64,000 nt of DNA, from positions 7,597-71,596 of the forward strand of contig DIRJ01000037.1 in assembly GCA_002427505.1 (NCBI GenBank), written 5' to 3'. The stretch comes from Mageeibacillus sp. UBA5439. GTDB lineage: Bacteria > Bacillota > Clostridia > Saccharofermentanales > DTU023. A model generated the notes under the pieces. That model was not told the DNA's origin. It was given only the letters and a program-made list of their open reading frames with translations, and did not search any database. Numbering within the stretch: the stretch's first letter is position 1; every line of letters starts with the position of its first letter. Of this stretch, positions 37,874 to 47,171 are shown piece by piece. The translations under genes and the position numbers were made by a program.

Positions 37874-40294
37874 ATGAGGATGATAGAAATTCGTTGCACG
37901 GACCCCATCCGGACGGGGGGTCCGGCGGGCAGCGGGGATAAGAAAATTCTGCTTAAACGTGGAACAACAGTCCTTTATTTTGCTGCACTAAATGTGGGTT
38001 TAGCCCCAGATATATTTATCCAGACTGCGCTGTGTGCGCGTAATACGGCACTGTCGGATTCCGACAAAAAAAAGTTTTTTCAGGCATTTTATGAGGATGA
38101 ACTTTCTTCCATACCCGCTTCATTTGAAAAAAAGATTGCTGCCATTACAGCGGTACCCGGCTTATCTTTTCTGTTCGCTGACGAGATTACCCAGAAGCTG
38201 CTGCGAGGCGTAATCAGTGATGAAGATAAAGAAAAATTAATACTTCCCGGAGCGGTGGGTGCAGAATCCAATATTCTGGCACAACGTCTGGACTGGAATC
38301 TTTTATTAGATGACTCTATTGATGCAGTAACCCAACGTAATCACTTTTTGCAATTAAAAGAACGTCTTGAGCTGAGCAGGAGTAAACTTGCGGAAACTGC
38401 TCAGGGGAAACTCTACCTTACCCGCTCTGAGCTGATATCTGTACTGGGGGATCCTGCACTTAAAGCAAATATTTCACCGGACGCGATCTCTGTTAAGGAA
38501 GATCTAGGCAGTCTGGAGCACCGACTCCAAAATCTCAGGGAGAAAGATGAAGAGCTGCGTGATGAACAGCGTACCTTAATGCTTTTATCGGTTAAAAATG
38601 ACTATGAGAGTCTTTTAAAGCTGCGGCGGGATCTGGAGGACCTGGAGAGCAATGCTTCACGCTATGCACGGAGCATCACAGGTCAGGGCCGGGATATTAC
38701 GGTACATGAGCTAACCCTGCTTAGCGGTTTGTACCAGGATTATCAGGAAAGAGAAAAGAAGATAGAAGTCCAGCGCGAAGAAGTCAAACAAATACAGGCA
38801 GACCGTTATGAGTGGGAACAGAAGCGCATTCTATCAGAGTATAAAGTTAAACAGTTGCAGGAGAGAATAGCTGTATCCACTCTTGAACAAGAACAATTGA
38901 TCTCAGAGGAGCGTGAGCGAAGCGAAAGTCAACAGAGCAGGAAAGCTACAGGCAGCACTGGCGAGAAAGGAATAGGTCTGAGACATATCCTTTTATTAGC
39001 GGGTCTGGCTCTGGCGCTCCTTGCCTTATTGCTGTTTAACAGCAGCCGGACAATAGCGATTGTCTGCTTTGTACTGGCCGGATTAGTCCTGGTCATATCT
39101 GCTTTTTTCTTTGTCCGCCCGTGCTTTAAGAGGAAGCTGCAGCTGAGCGAGAGCCTTACTGACAGCTTACGCAGTCAGCCGAGACCGGAGCCGGATCATC
39201 GGCTGGCAGAAGAACTGACAGAGCAAACAGCAGCTTGGCGAACAGCTGTGGCTGAAGCTGACCGTCTGGCCGCCCATCTTAATCGCAATCAGATTGCTCT
39301 GCGTTCTTTGGAAGAAAGCCAGATACGGGCAGGCAAGGAGTTTTTGGCACAATTATCTCTATATGCGGATATCGATAACTTGAATGATGCGGGATATGTC
39401 CTGGATGCTCTGCGCAATCAAAGACAGTCAGAAAGTTCTTATGATGAATCAGTCTCAGAGCTTTTACACCAGATAGCGGATGTACGCAAAGGGCGAACCG
39501 ATGAGGACATGCTGCGCGAATATGAACATGCCTGTGAAGAACTATACGGAGCCATGCTGACAGGTGCCAGCACCGGCGACCAGGATATTAATCTGCGTTC
39601 TCAGGCTTTAAATTATGATAAAAACCGAGCCAGGAGAATTGAAATCGAGCGCGTCGAGCTGTCCCAGGACATTTCCCGGTACAAACAGCAGCTGCAAGAG
39701 AAGAAGGAACTCTTAAAAAGAGAAGAAGAGATGTTAGTTCAAACTCCCAAACTTAACCGCAGGCGGGATTTTCTGGAGCAGAATTTGTGGCAAGAGATTG
39801 AGGATGTCGAACTGCTGGATCTGGCGATAACAGTGCTGGACTTTCTTTATGTGCAATGGAGGGATGTTCCAGTGGATTATTTACGTTCCCTGACTTTAAG
39901 CTACTGCAGACGCCTGCAGGGCATGCAGGCAGTTGATCATGAAATAAATGATTACTTAATTGAGGAACAGCGGGGAATCAGAAAGGGAAGACTGGATAAG
40001 TTTAAAACTGTGGAAATGCGTGAACAGGAAATCGCTCTGATCAATAATTCTCCTTCAGATATTGTATATCTGGCTTTTCGGATGGCTTTGCTGGATTGGA
40101 AAGGAAAAGACCAGCTCACACCCTTGTTTATCTTTGATATGCCACTGTTTAACTCTTCCAGCCGCATCAGCGAACTGCTGAATCTGCTGGATGAACGCAT
40201 GCTGGGTTTAGCAGCACAGTCGATCTTTTTCACGTCAAATAATCTTCTGGTCGAAATCGCCCGTGAACGCCAAATACCGGTACACATCTATTAG
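37874..40294 (+). CDS. YhaN/SbcC-like coiled-coil membrane protein with degenerate ATPase motifs
   Basis: 806 aa. The N-terminal head is shaped like an SMC/YhaN head, but the P-loop position reads FAALNVGLAP. It has long coiled coils and a central TM hairpin (ILLLAGLALALLALLLF / IAIVCFVLAGLVLVISAFFF). The C-terminal head reads LFIFDMPLFN and IFFTSNN. Confidence 0.6.
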   Translation: MRMIEIRCTDPIRTGGPAGSGDKKILLKRGTTVLYFAALNVGLAPDIFIQTALCARNTALSDSDKKKFFQAFYEDELSSIPASFEKKIAAITAVPGLSFLFADEITQKLLRGVISDEDKEKLILPGAVGAESNILAQRLDWNLLLDDSIDAVTQRNHFLQLKERLELSRSKLAETAQGKLYLTRSELISVLGDPALKANISPDAISVKEDLGSLEHRLQNLREKDEELRDEQRTLMLLSVKNDYESLLKLRRDLEDLESNASRYARSITGQGRDITVHELTLLSGLYQDYQEREKKIEVQREEVKQIQADRYEWEQKRILSEYKVKQLQERIAVSTLEQEQLISEERERSESQQSRKATGSTGEKGIGLRHILLLAGLALALLALLLFNSSRTIAIVCFVLAGLVLVISAFFFVRPCFKRKLQLSESLTDSLRSQPRPEPDHRLAEELTEQTAAWRTAVAEADRLAAHLNRNQIALRSLEESQIRAGKEFLAQLSLYADIDNLNDAGYVLDALRNQRQSESSYDESVSELLHQIADVRKGRTDEDMLREYEHACEELYGAMLTGASTGDQDINLRSQALNYDKNRARRIEIERVELSQDISRYKQQLQEKKELLKREEEMLVQTPKLNRRRDFLEQNLWQEIEDVELLDLAITVLDFLYVQWRDVPVDYLRSLTLSYCRRLQGMQAVDHEINDYLIEEQRGIRKGRLDKFKTVEMREQEIALINNSPSDIVYLAFRMALLDWKGKDQLTPLFIFDMPLFNSSSRISELLNLLDERMLGLAAQSIFFTSNNLLVEIARERQIPVHIY

Positions 40295-40337
40295 TCAGCC
40301 AACTTGCACGCGAAATACTTTGATATTAAAAATTAAG

Positions 40338-40366
40338 TTCAAAATATATAATAAAAGTCATATAAT
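40338..40366 (+). promoter_or_regulatory. Candidate promoter for tdh-kbl (TTCAAA, 17 nt spacer, TATAAT)
   Basis: -35 at 40338-40343 and -10 at 40361-40366. Confidence 0.45.
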
Positions 40367-40411
40367 GTATTTGAAGAAGCAGCAATATGCTTGATATTGA
40401 GGAGGAACAGA

Positions 40412-41464
40412 ATGAGTGAATCAATGTATGCCCTGGTTAAGCCGGGGTGCAAAGCGGGACTTGAGCTCCGCAGAGTTCCGATACCAGAATGCACGGCTAT
40501 TGATGTAAAAATAGAGATCATAAAAACTGCTATCTGTGGTACGGATCTCCATATTTACAACTGGGATGAGTGGTCACAAACAAATGTCAAACCACCGCTG
40601 GTGACCGGCCATGAGTATGTGGGGAGAGTTGTTGAAGTAGGTTCCATGGTGTCAACAATCGAAGTTGGGGATCTTGTATCAGGAGAAGGACATATTGTCT
40701 GCGGCGTTTGCAGGAACTGCCGCGCCGGTCGCCGTGTCCTGTGCCCAAATACAAAGGGCGTTGGTGTGAACCGCAATGGTGCTTTTGCGGAGTACCTTGT
40801 TATTCCTGAACAAAACGTGGTGAAGATCCTGCCCGGTGTTCCGGAAGATATCGTGGCAATATTTGATCCCTTTGGCAACGCCGTTCATACAGCTCTTATG
40901 TTTCCCCTGGTTGGCGAGGATGTTTTGGTAACCGGAGCCGGACCGATCGGAATCATGGCAGCGGCAGTAGCTCGTTTTTGCGGAGCCAGGAATGTCGTGC
41001 TGACAGATATTATGCAGGAACGCCTCGAACTGGCACATACTGTCGTTCCTGACATTAGAACTGTCAATACGACAAAGGAAAACCTGCGGGATTTGATGCC
41101 TGAACTCAAGATGACAGAAGGCTTTGATATCGGTTTGGAAATGTCAGGTTCCGCCTCAGCGCTGAACGAGATGATAAATACCATGATCACGGGCGGAAAA
41201 ATCTCTATGTTGGGCTTCCAAAAACCCGGCACAGTAATTGACTGGAATAAACTAGTTATGGGAAGTTTGACTTTACGCGGAGTTTACGGACGTGATATGT
41301 TCGAAACCTGGTATAAGATGCAGGCTTTGGTGCAGGCAGGCCTGGATCTGTCACCGCTGATTACACATCGTTTTGATTTCCGCGATTTTGAAAAAGGCTT
41401 TGCTGCTATGAACAGCGGCAAGTCCGGTAAGGTTTTGCTGGACTGGACCACGGCGAGAGATTAG
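40412..41464 (+). CDS. tdh: L-threonine 3-dehydrogenase
   Basis: Zinc alcohol-dehydrogenase family: [12 protein letters not shown], the [15 protein letters not shown] structural zinc site, and GAGPIG. ATG at 40412 follows the SD gaggagg. Confidence 0.9.
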   Translation: MSESMYALVKPGCKAGLELRRVPIPECTAIDVKIEIIKTAICGTDLHIYNWDEWSQTNVKPPLVTGHEYVGRVVEVGSMVSTIEVGDLVSGEGHIVCGVCRNCRAGRRVLCPNTKGVGVNRNGAFAEYLVIPEQNVVKILPGVPEDIVAIFDPFGNAVHTALMFPLVGEDVLVTGAGPIGIMAAAVARFCGARNVVLTDIMQERLELAHTVVPDIRTVNTTKENLRDLMPELKMTEGFDIGLEMSGSASALNEMINTMITGGKISMLGFQKPGTVIDWNKLVMGSLTLRGVYGRDMFETWYKMQALVQAGLDLSPLITHRFDFRDFEKGFAAMNSGKSGKVLLDWTTARD

Positions 41465-41477
41465 GAAAGGATAAGAT

Positions 41478-42665
41478 ATGAAAAAGGGACTGAAAATCAT
41501 CCAGGACAATTTAAACGAGCTGAAGAAATCCGGCCTGTATAGCGAGGAACGCGTTTTAACCGTGCCTCAGGGCAGCATGATTGATACTACTGAAAGCAAG
41601 GGCGTTATCAATATGTGTGCCAACAACTATCTGGGTTTAGCAAACAGCTCTGAGCTGATTGCTGCGGCCAAAGCCAGCTATGATCGCTGGGGCTATGGCC
41701 TGTCGTCAGTACGTTTCATCTGCGGCACACAAACACAACACAAGAAATTGGAGACAGAACTGGCTAAATTCTTCGGCTTTGAAGACGCTATTCTCTATTC
41801 TTCCTGCTTTGATGCAAACGGCGGTCTGTTTGAGACTCTACTGACTGAGGAAGACGCCATTATCTCCGATGAGCTTAATCATGCCAGTATAATTGATGGT
41901 GTCAGGTTGTCCAAAGCCAAGCGTTATCGCTATAAAAATAACGATATGGCCCATTTGGAGCAGTGCCTGAAAGATGCCGAAGCAGACGGAGCCCGTATCA
42001 AATTGATTGCCACGGATGGAGTCTTTTCCATGGATGGCATTATCGCTGATCTTAAATCGATTTGTGATCTGGCTGATAAATATGATGCATTGGTCATGGT
42101 TGATGATTCCCACGCTTCCGGTTTTGTCGGTAAAGGAGGTAAAGGTACACCCGAGCACTGCAATGTCATGGGACGGGTGGATATTATGACCAGCACTTTG
42201 GGCAAAGCTATGGGCGGTGCCTCAGGCGGTTTTACTCTGGCAAATAAGGATATCGTAGCCTGGCTCAGGCAAAAAAGCCGGCCTTATCTTTTTTCTAACA
42301 CACTATCACCGGCTATTGTTGCTACATCGCTGCAGGTTCTGGATATGCTCCAGCGCAACAGCGATCTGATTGAACGCGTTAACGCCAATACCTTATACTT
42401 CCGCAAGGAAATTGAAAAACTTGGTCTGAAGATCATTCCGGGTACCCATCCGATTGTACCTGTTATGGTTTATGACGCCAAAAAAGCTCTGGATGTTGCG
42501 GACTTTATGCTGAAAAAGGGGATTTATGTGGTAGCTTTCAAGTACCCGGTCGTGCCTCAGGGTCTGGCGCGCATACGCTGCCAGATTTCAGCTGCGCACA
42601 CCAAGGAAGAGCTTGATGCTGCTTTGGCAGCTTTTGCTGAAGCCAAGAAAGAATTTGACCTTTAA
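41478..42665 (+). CDS. kbl: Glycine C-acetyltransferase (2-amino-3-ketobutyrate CoA ligase)
   Basis: 395 aa. PLP-dependent alpha-oxoamine synthase with a PLP lysine region ([12 protein letters not shown]). Classic tdh-kbl pairing. Confidence 0.92.
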   Translation: MKKGLKIIQDNLNELKKSGLYSEERVLTVPQGSMIDTTESKGVINMCANNYLGLANSSELIAAAKASYDRWGYGLSSVRFICGTQTQHKKLETELAKFFGFEDAILYSSCFDANGGLFETLLTEEDAIISDELNHASIIDGVRLSKAKRYRYKNNDMAHLEQCLKDAEADGARIKLIATDGVFSMDGIIADLKSICDLADKYDALVMVDDSHASGFVGKGGKGTPEHCNVMGRVDIMTSTLGKAMGGASGGFTLANKDIVAWLRQKSRPYLFSNTLSPAIVATSLQVLDMLQRNSDLIERVNANTLYFRKEIEKLGLKIIPGTHPIVPVMVYDAKKALDVADFMLKKGIYVVAFKYPVVPQGLARIRCQISAAHTKEELDAALAAFAEAKKEFDL

Positions 42666-42691
42666 AGGCTTGATTATTCAGATCCGGAAAG

Positions 42692-42731
42692 AAAAAAAGC
42701 TCCTGGACAAATGCTGTCAGGAGCTTTTTTC
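42692..42731. terminator. Bidirectional terminator between kbl and the rubrerythrin operon
   Basis: Stem agctcctg / caggagct, flanked by an A-run and a T-run. Confidence 0.65.
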
Positions 42732-42747
42732 AAGGGAAAAGATTGGC

Positions 42748-43734
42748 TTAATATTTGATGAATCTGTCGCCGGGAACGCCGCAGATTTTGCATTTGTCCG
42801 GTACGAACTTCTCAATATTTCCGCAGACCGGGCAGAGATAGTAGAAAATTTCTTCGGCTTCTGAATCTAAATTATCGAGGGCCTCCTGGTATAGGCCGGC
42901 ATGTACTTCTTCAGCTTTCATAGCATAAGTGAATGTTCTCACAGCCTGGCTATTGCCTTCAGCTTGAGCCTGGTCGACAAAGGGCGGATACATACTTGTA
43001 TATTCGTAGGTTTCACCTTCGACACCATCTTTTAGATTTTCAGCAGTACTGCCGACCTTGCCGGCAACTTTAAAGTGGCTGAGGGCGTGGATAGTCTCAG
43101 CATCAGCTGCTACTCTGAACAGTTTCGCTGCATTGCTGTAACCGTCTTTTTCAGCCTTCTCAGCGTAGGCTGTGTACTTTCTGTTTGCTTCTGATTCTCC
43201 TGTGAAGGCAGTCATCAGATTGTCATAAGTTGTTGCTTTTTCACTCATTAATTTTTCCTCCTGGTATTTTTCATATTTTCCTAAAAGCATTTCTACAGTT
43301 TTGCGAGGGAAGCCTTCGGGCTGATCCTGTGCTAACAGTGACAGCAGAAATTGCTTTGAGTTTTCTGTCTGGGGTAAAAGATATCCTGATTCACGCAGAA
43401 GCTCCTCTGCCATGATATGGTTTGATTTTTCAATAGCGACTGCAAGTTTGCCCGGCAAAACGGCAGCAATATTTTCCTGCTCCGCCTTGCTGCGCAAAAG
43501 CTTGCGCATGGCGTTGACTACCTTGTCCTGAACTTCCTGCTGGTCAGGATAAAACACCGGCACCATGGAGATAGCACCTGAAGGACAGGCAGCAGCACAA
43601 TCGCCGCAACCAATGCAGGTATCTACATCAATGATGCTGTTTTCTGTATCCGCTGCTCCGCTGGGACAGACATAAAGACATAAGCAGTCCTTCGTGCAGA
43701 GTCTGATATTTCTTACTGCATATTTCCTTGCCAT
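42748..43734 (-). CDS. Ferredoxin-domain / rubrerythrin fusion protein
   Basis: The N-terminus has one canonical cluster motif CIGCGDCAAACP plus an atypical CTKDCLCLYVCP. The C-terminal diiron four-helix bundle (ESEANRKY...ETIHALSH...EGETYEY...EEVHAGLY) ends in a rubredoxin-like CPVCG...CKICG. Confidence 0.85.
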   Translation of the reverse strand: MARKYAVRNIRLCTKDCLCLYVCPSGAADTENSIIDVDTCIGCGDCAAACPSGAISMVPVFYPDQQEVQDKVVNAMRKLLRSKAEQENIAAVLPGKLAVAIEKSNHIMAEELLRESGYLLPQTENSKQFLLSLLAQDQPEGFPRKTVEMLLGKYEKYQEEKLMSEKATTYDNLMTAFTGESEANRKYTAYAEKAEKDGYSNAAKLFRVAADAETIHALSHFKVAGKVGSTAENLKDGVEGETYEYTSMYPPFVDQAQAEGNSQAVRTFTYAMKAEEVHAGLYQEALDNLDSEAEEIFYYLCPVCGNIEKFVPDKCKICGVPGDRFIKY

Positions 43735-43738
43735 CGCT

Positions 43739-44383
43739 CTAGCTCGCCTCTACCATTTCAAATTTCCAATTGGGAACTTTACAAACCGGGCAGACTTCCG
43801 GCAAGTTGTCACCAATGTAGATAAAACCGCAAATAGTGCAGACATAGACATTTGTATCCTCGATCAGAGCCGGGCCTTCTTTTTCATAGCGTGAAATGGC
43901 AGACTTGACTATGCGACTAACCTTTTCGGTCCAGGTCAGCGCCCGCAGTGCCCCTCTGTCTCCAGCCTCTTCCGCTATGTTATGGGCGACAGGAAAGTCC
44001 TCGTTCAAATCAATTTCCAGCAGATCAAGCATTTGACTGTAAGCAGGATTCACTGCCGGAACAGTCACACTTTTAAAGTAGGCGGCCAGTTCTCTGAATG
44101 CCTCGGCTTCCTCTGGCCGGTACTGCTTTTCAAAGCCCCGGGCCAGATTGGAGCACAGAGCACTCATCTCTAAACTGGACAGATCTCCTGAATTGTCTGC
44201 GAGTTCAACCCTAACTTGACCTTGAGGGGCAGGCTGAGTTTCTGCTGGAGTTTCCCGGACAGCTTCAAACTCTGACTTGGGTGCGCCGCAGAGCGGGCAT
44301 TCCCAACTTTCGGCTAAGTCTTCCCAGGCGCCGTCGGATCCATCGTAGATATATCCGCAAACTTTGCACACATATTTTGTCAC
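43739..44383 (-). CDS. Double rubredoxin-domain protein with helical middle region
   Basis: GTG start after the SD aggagg. N-terminal rubredoxin (CKVCGY...CPLCGAPK), a helical region of about 130 aa without EXXH motifs, and a C-terminal short rubredoxin-like CTICG...CPVCK. Confidence 0.75.
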   Translation of the reverse strand: MTKYVCKVCGYIYDGSDGAWEDLAESWECPLCGAPKSEFEAVRETPAETQPAPQGQVRVELADNSGDLSSLEMSALCSNLARGFEKQYRPEEAEAFRELAAYFKSVTVPAVNPAYSQMLDLLEIDLNEDFPVAHNIAEEAGDRGALRALTWTEKVSRIVKSAISRYEKEGPALIEDTNVYVCTICGFIYIGDNLPEVCPVCKVPNWKFEMVEAS

Positions 44384-44399
44384 TCAAATACCTCCTCTA

Positions 44400-44837
44400 T
44401 TATTTATGAGATGTTTTGCGCCCGGCTTCGCAACAGTCCGGGCAAAGTCCTCTGAAATATACATCTCTTTCTTTTATCTCGAAATCTGCAAGATCTGTTG
44501 ACTCAATCTCTTTCATATTCAGGCTGAAGTCGAAAATCTTCTTGCAGGAAGTGCATTGGAAGTGTCCATGGCTTTCAGTGAGTATTTCATAACGATTTTC
44601 ACTGTCTTCGATGGACACAACATTGACCAGACCTGCTTCCTGCAGCATGTGTAATGTGTTATAAACTGTAGCTCTGGACAGGCTGGGCAGATCCTTTTGC
44701 AGTGCTGAATAGATTTCATCTGCGCTGGGATGAGTTTTATTTTGGGCGAGATACTCCAGCACCTTCAGTCTCTGATGTGACAGGCGAATATTTTTTGCTT
44801 GCAGTGTCTCTTTTAGATTTTTGATTTGATCAGTCAT
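44400..44837 (-). CDS. perR: Fur-family peroxide-responsive repressor (PerR-like)
   Basis: 145 aa. Winged-helix region (HPSADEIY...LSRATVYNTL), HGH, and two CxxC pairs (CTSCKK, CPDCC). It leads a rubredoxin/rubrerythrin operon. Confidence 0.8.
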   Translation of the reverse strand: MTDQIKNLKETLQAKNIRLSHQRLKVLEYLAQNKTHPSADEIYSALQKDLPSLSRATVYNTLHMLQEAGLVNVVSIEDSENRYEILTESHGHFQCTSCKKIFDFSLNMKEIESTDLADFEIKERDVYFRGLCPDCCEAGRKTSHK

Positions 44838-44859
44838 AAAATTTTAATCTATTTCAGTC

Positions 44860-44874
44860 TTGTAATAATTCTAA
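44860..44874. promoter_or_regulatory. Candidate PerR/Fur-family operator
   Basis: TTGTAATAATTCTAA matches the 7-1-7 PerR box TTATAATNATTATAA at 12 of 14 specified positions. It lies 23 nt upstream of the perR start codon. Confidence 0.35.
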
Positions 44875-45304
44875 AGAAATAATAATTAAAAAGTACTATA
44901 TACCAGAAAACAATTAGCTTCAAGGCTAGCAAAAGAATATTGAAAATTCCAATATAGGTATTTATAACGTTGAGAAAAGACTCAGGTGTGTGCTAAATCT
45001 CCTGTCGCAGCAGAGAGATTATGAAACTTCTTGTTTTCTCATGCTGATGTTTTCAACCAAATATTCAAGAACACAAATCAAGTTGATTTTGTAGAATAGA
45101 TCTATGAAAAGTAATAAGAATAATAATGATGCGGAGCTGCGCGGAGATATCGATGCCCACAGTGACGAAGATGCACTGAAATGTGACGCCAGACGCTGGC
45201 GGTACTGGTCCAAGGAAGAAGATCTTCGATTGTGCAAAATGACAAGGGCGGAAAATTGACTCCAAAATTGACTACAATATTTTGAATTATGCAGTGGATT
45301 TATA

Positions 45305-45341
45305 AATAAAAAGCCCCTGAGACGCTGTTGTCTCAAGGGCT
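45305..45341 (-). terminator. Terminator downstream of tRNA-Lys
   Basis: 12-bp stem with one mismatch (agcccctgagac / gtctcaagggct), followed on the minus strand by ttttt. Confidence 0.5.
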
Positions 45342-45349
45342 AACTCCTC

Positions 45350-45425
45350 TGGTACACCATCAGGGATTCGAACCCTGGACCTACTGATTAAGAGTCAGTT
45401 GCTCTACCACCTGAGCTAATGGTGC
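45350..45425 (-). tRNA. tRNA-Lys (anticodon CTT), CCA encoded
   Basis: Reverse complement: acceptor gcaccat/atggtgt (G1-U72 wobble), D arm gctc..gagc, anticodon stem actga/tcagt with loop ctCTTaa, T arm caggg-ttcgaat-ccctg. Confidence 0.9.
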
Positions 45426-45441
45426 GTATGAGTACTAAGTG

Positions 45442-45471
45442 ATTATAAGAGCAAAATAATGTATTTGTCAA
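45442..45471 (-). promoter_or_regulatory. Promoter for tRNA-Lys (TTGACA, 18 nt spacer, TATAAT on the minus strand)
   Basis: -35 at 45466-45471 and -10 at 45442-45447. Both hexamers are consensus. Confidence 0.55.
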
Positions 45472-45695
45472 ACGGAATTTGCAAGATCTGCATTGTTCCC
45501 GGCAGCAGCGTCTGAAACCGGACCTTTAGTTGCGAGAAACATGTCGTTAATAATACTGATTCTTGCAGTGGCTCTGATGTTTTGATAATATAGGCACATC
45601 GTCGACTTATACGAGCGAGGAACAATGTTATCAGTGAAGGCACTGCTTGCCGCAAAGGCAGAAGTTTTCCCGCAATATTTTGGAGGTATATAGAC

Positions 45696-47171
45696 TTGGA
45701 CGAATCTGGCTGTATTGGCCCTCTTATGAGGGTGGTACTGTCAAATCAGGAGTTAGCGGTTCAATCGCAATCAGCTTCCTTAGCTTTTGATTTGATACTT
45801 ATTTTTATTTTGATCCTGATTAACGGCTTTTTTGCCGGATCAGAGATGGCAATTGTTACACAAAACGACAATCGTATCAGAAAACTGGCCGATGAGGGTA
45901 ATTCGGCTGCGCAGAAACTGATTAATATTGTCGATAACAAAAGTCAAATGCTGGCAACAATACAGGTGTCTATCACTTTGGCCGGTTTCCTATCCAGTGC
46001 TTTTGCGGCGGACAAGATAGCGTCGCGTCTTTATATAGCTGTTGATCCGACCTTGCAAAGACCTTGGCTGCAGACATTTTTCATAGTATTGATCACCATA
46101 CTGGTGTCGTATTTTTCCCTTGTATTAGGTGAACTGGTCCCCAAGCGCCTGGCTATGCTAGACCCCGAAAAAACAGCGATGAAAGTTGTCCCGCTTTTAC
46201 TTTTCTTTGATGTTATCTTCCGCCCCTTTACAAAACTTTTGACCTGGAGCACGAATCTGGTCGTGCGGCTCTTTGGTATTGATCCCAAAGAAACCCAGGA
46301 TACTGTTACGGAGGATGAAATCCGTATACTGGCAGAAGCGGGGGTAGATACAGGTGATTTGCCGGCGGAGGACGCTATTCTAATCGATAACATCTTCGCC
46401 TTTGATGATAAGGATGTGGGAGAAATTATGACCCCGCGCCTATCGGTAAGTGCCATCCCGGTGAATTCTACTTATGACGAGGCGGTTAATTTTGCTGCGA
46501 ATGCACACTTTTCGCGTTTCCCTGTCTACGACGAAGACTTAGACAATATCGTAGGTACACTCTTTCTTAAGGATTTAATGCGTGTGCCGGAGGATGACCG
46601 GGCTGACAGCTTTGATTTACACATGATTATGCGTAATCCGTATTTTGTACCCGAAGGAAAACAAATTGATGTTTTATTTCGCGAAATGAAGTCAAAGCAT
46701 ATATCTATGGCGATCGTAGTGGATGAGTACGGGGGCACTGAAGGGCTTGTCACGATGGAAGACCTGCTGGAAGAAATCGTGGGGGAGATTGAAGATGAAT
46801 ACGATCCGCCGAAGACAGATGTTATTGAAAATCCTGATGGCAGCTTTATCTTAAGCGGCCTGCTGACACCCCAGGAGGCAGGACGCTATGTTAAAGCTCT
46901 GGACGATCTGGAGGAAGATGACAACTATGATACTCTAGCGGGCTTTGTTCTTTCATTACTGGGAAGAATTCCGGGCGATGGTGAGCGGCCTGTGGTAACA
47001 TTTGAGAATTTACGTTTTACAGTTTTAGAGATGGATGACCGTCGGATTGATCAGATCTTATTAGAGATAATTCCCGAAGAAGAAATCAGGGAAGATGAGG
47101 CAGATAAAAATGACAATCATAGCGGAGTTAGTGGCCAAGCGAATGAAGGGGGAAAAATAGGCATCAGATGA
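45696..47171 (+). CDS. CNNM/CorC-HlyC family divalent-cation transporter (DUF21-CBS-CorC_HlyC)
   Basis: TTG start 9 nt after the SD ggagg. DUF21 TM region (INGFFAGSEMAIV), a CBS pair, and a CorC_HlyC C-terminal domain. Confidence 0.85.
   Translation: MDESGCIGPLMRVVLSNQELAVQSQSASLAFDLILIFILILINGFFAGSEMAIVTQNDNRIRKLADEGNSAAQKLINIVDNKSQMLATIQVSITLAGFLSSAFAADKIASRLYIAVDPTLQRPWLQTFFIVLITILVSYFSLVLGELVPKRLAMLDPEKTAMKVVPLLLFFDVIFRPFTKLLTWSTNLVVRLFGIDPKETQDTVTEDEIRILAEAGVDTGDLPAEDAILIDNIFAFDDKDVGEIMTPRLSVSAIPVNSTYDEAVNFAANAHFSRFPVYDEDLDNIVGTLFLKDLMRVPEDDRADSFDLHMIMRNPYFVPEGKQIDVLFREMKSKHISMAIVVDEYGGTEGLVTMEDLLEEIVGEIEDEYDPPKTDVIENPDGSFILSGLLTPQEAGRYVKALDDLEEDDNYDTLAGFVLSLLGRIPGDGERPVVTFENLRFTVLEMDDRRIDQILLEIIPEEEIREDEADKNDNHSGVSGQANEGGKIGIR

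Noticed and set aside
45019-45336. 105-aa and nested 66-aa minus-strand ORFs between perR and tRNA-Lys
   Set aside because: The translation is low-complexity Ser/Leu/Phe-rich. The ORF would begin inside the tRNA-Lys terminator, and there is no SD.
45312-45341. Similarity between the tRNA-Lys terminator and the tRNA-Glu terminator (52464-52492), both of the form aaaaagcccctg..gaga..tctc..agggct; considered as a dispersed repeat element
   Set aside because: Only about 12-15 nt are shared. The orientation relative to the tRNA differs between the two. GC-rich terminator stems converge easily on similar sequences.
45491-45627. Possible riboswitch upstream of the corC / P-type ATPase operon: 9-bp long-range pairing cattgttcc (45491-45499) with ggaacaatg (45619-45627) enclosing about 120 nt
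   Set aside because: I found no M-box (GGTGAGG-type) or yybP-ykoY (GGGGAGTAG-type) core motifs. A 9-mer inverted match in a region this size is not very improbable by chance. A plausible promoter (TTGCAG-17-TAATAT, about 45570-45598) lies inside the supposed stem. It is worth an Infernal scan, but I cannot support it.
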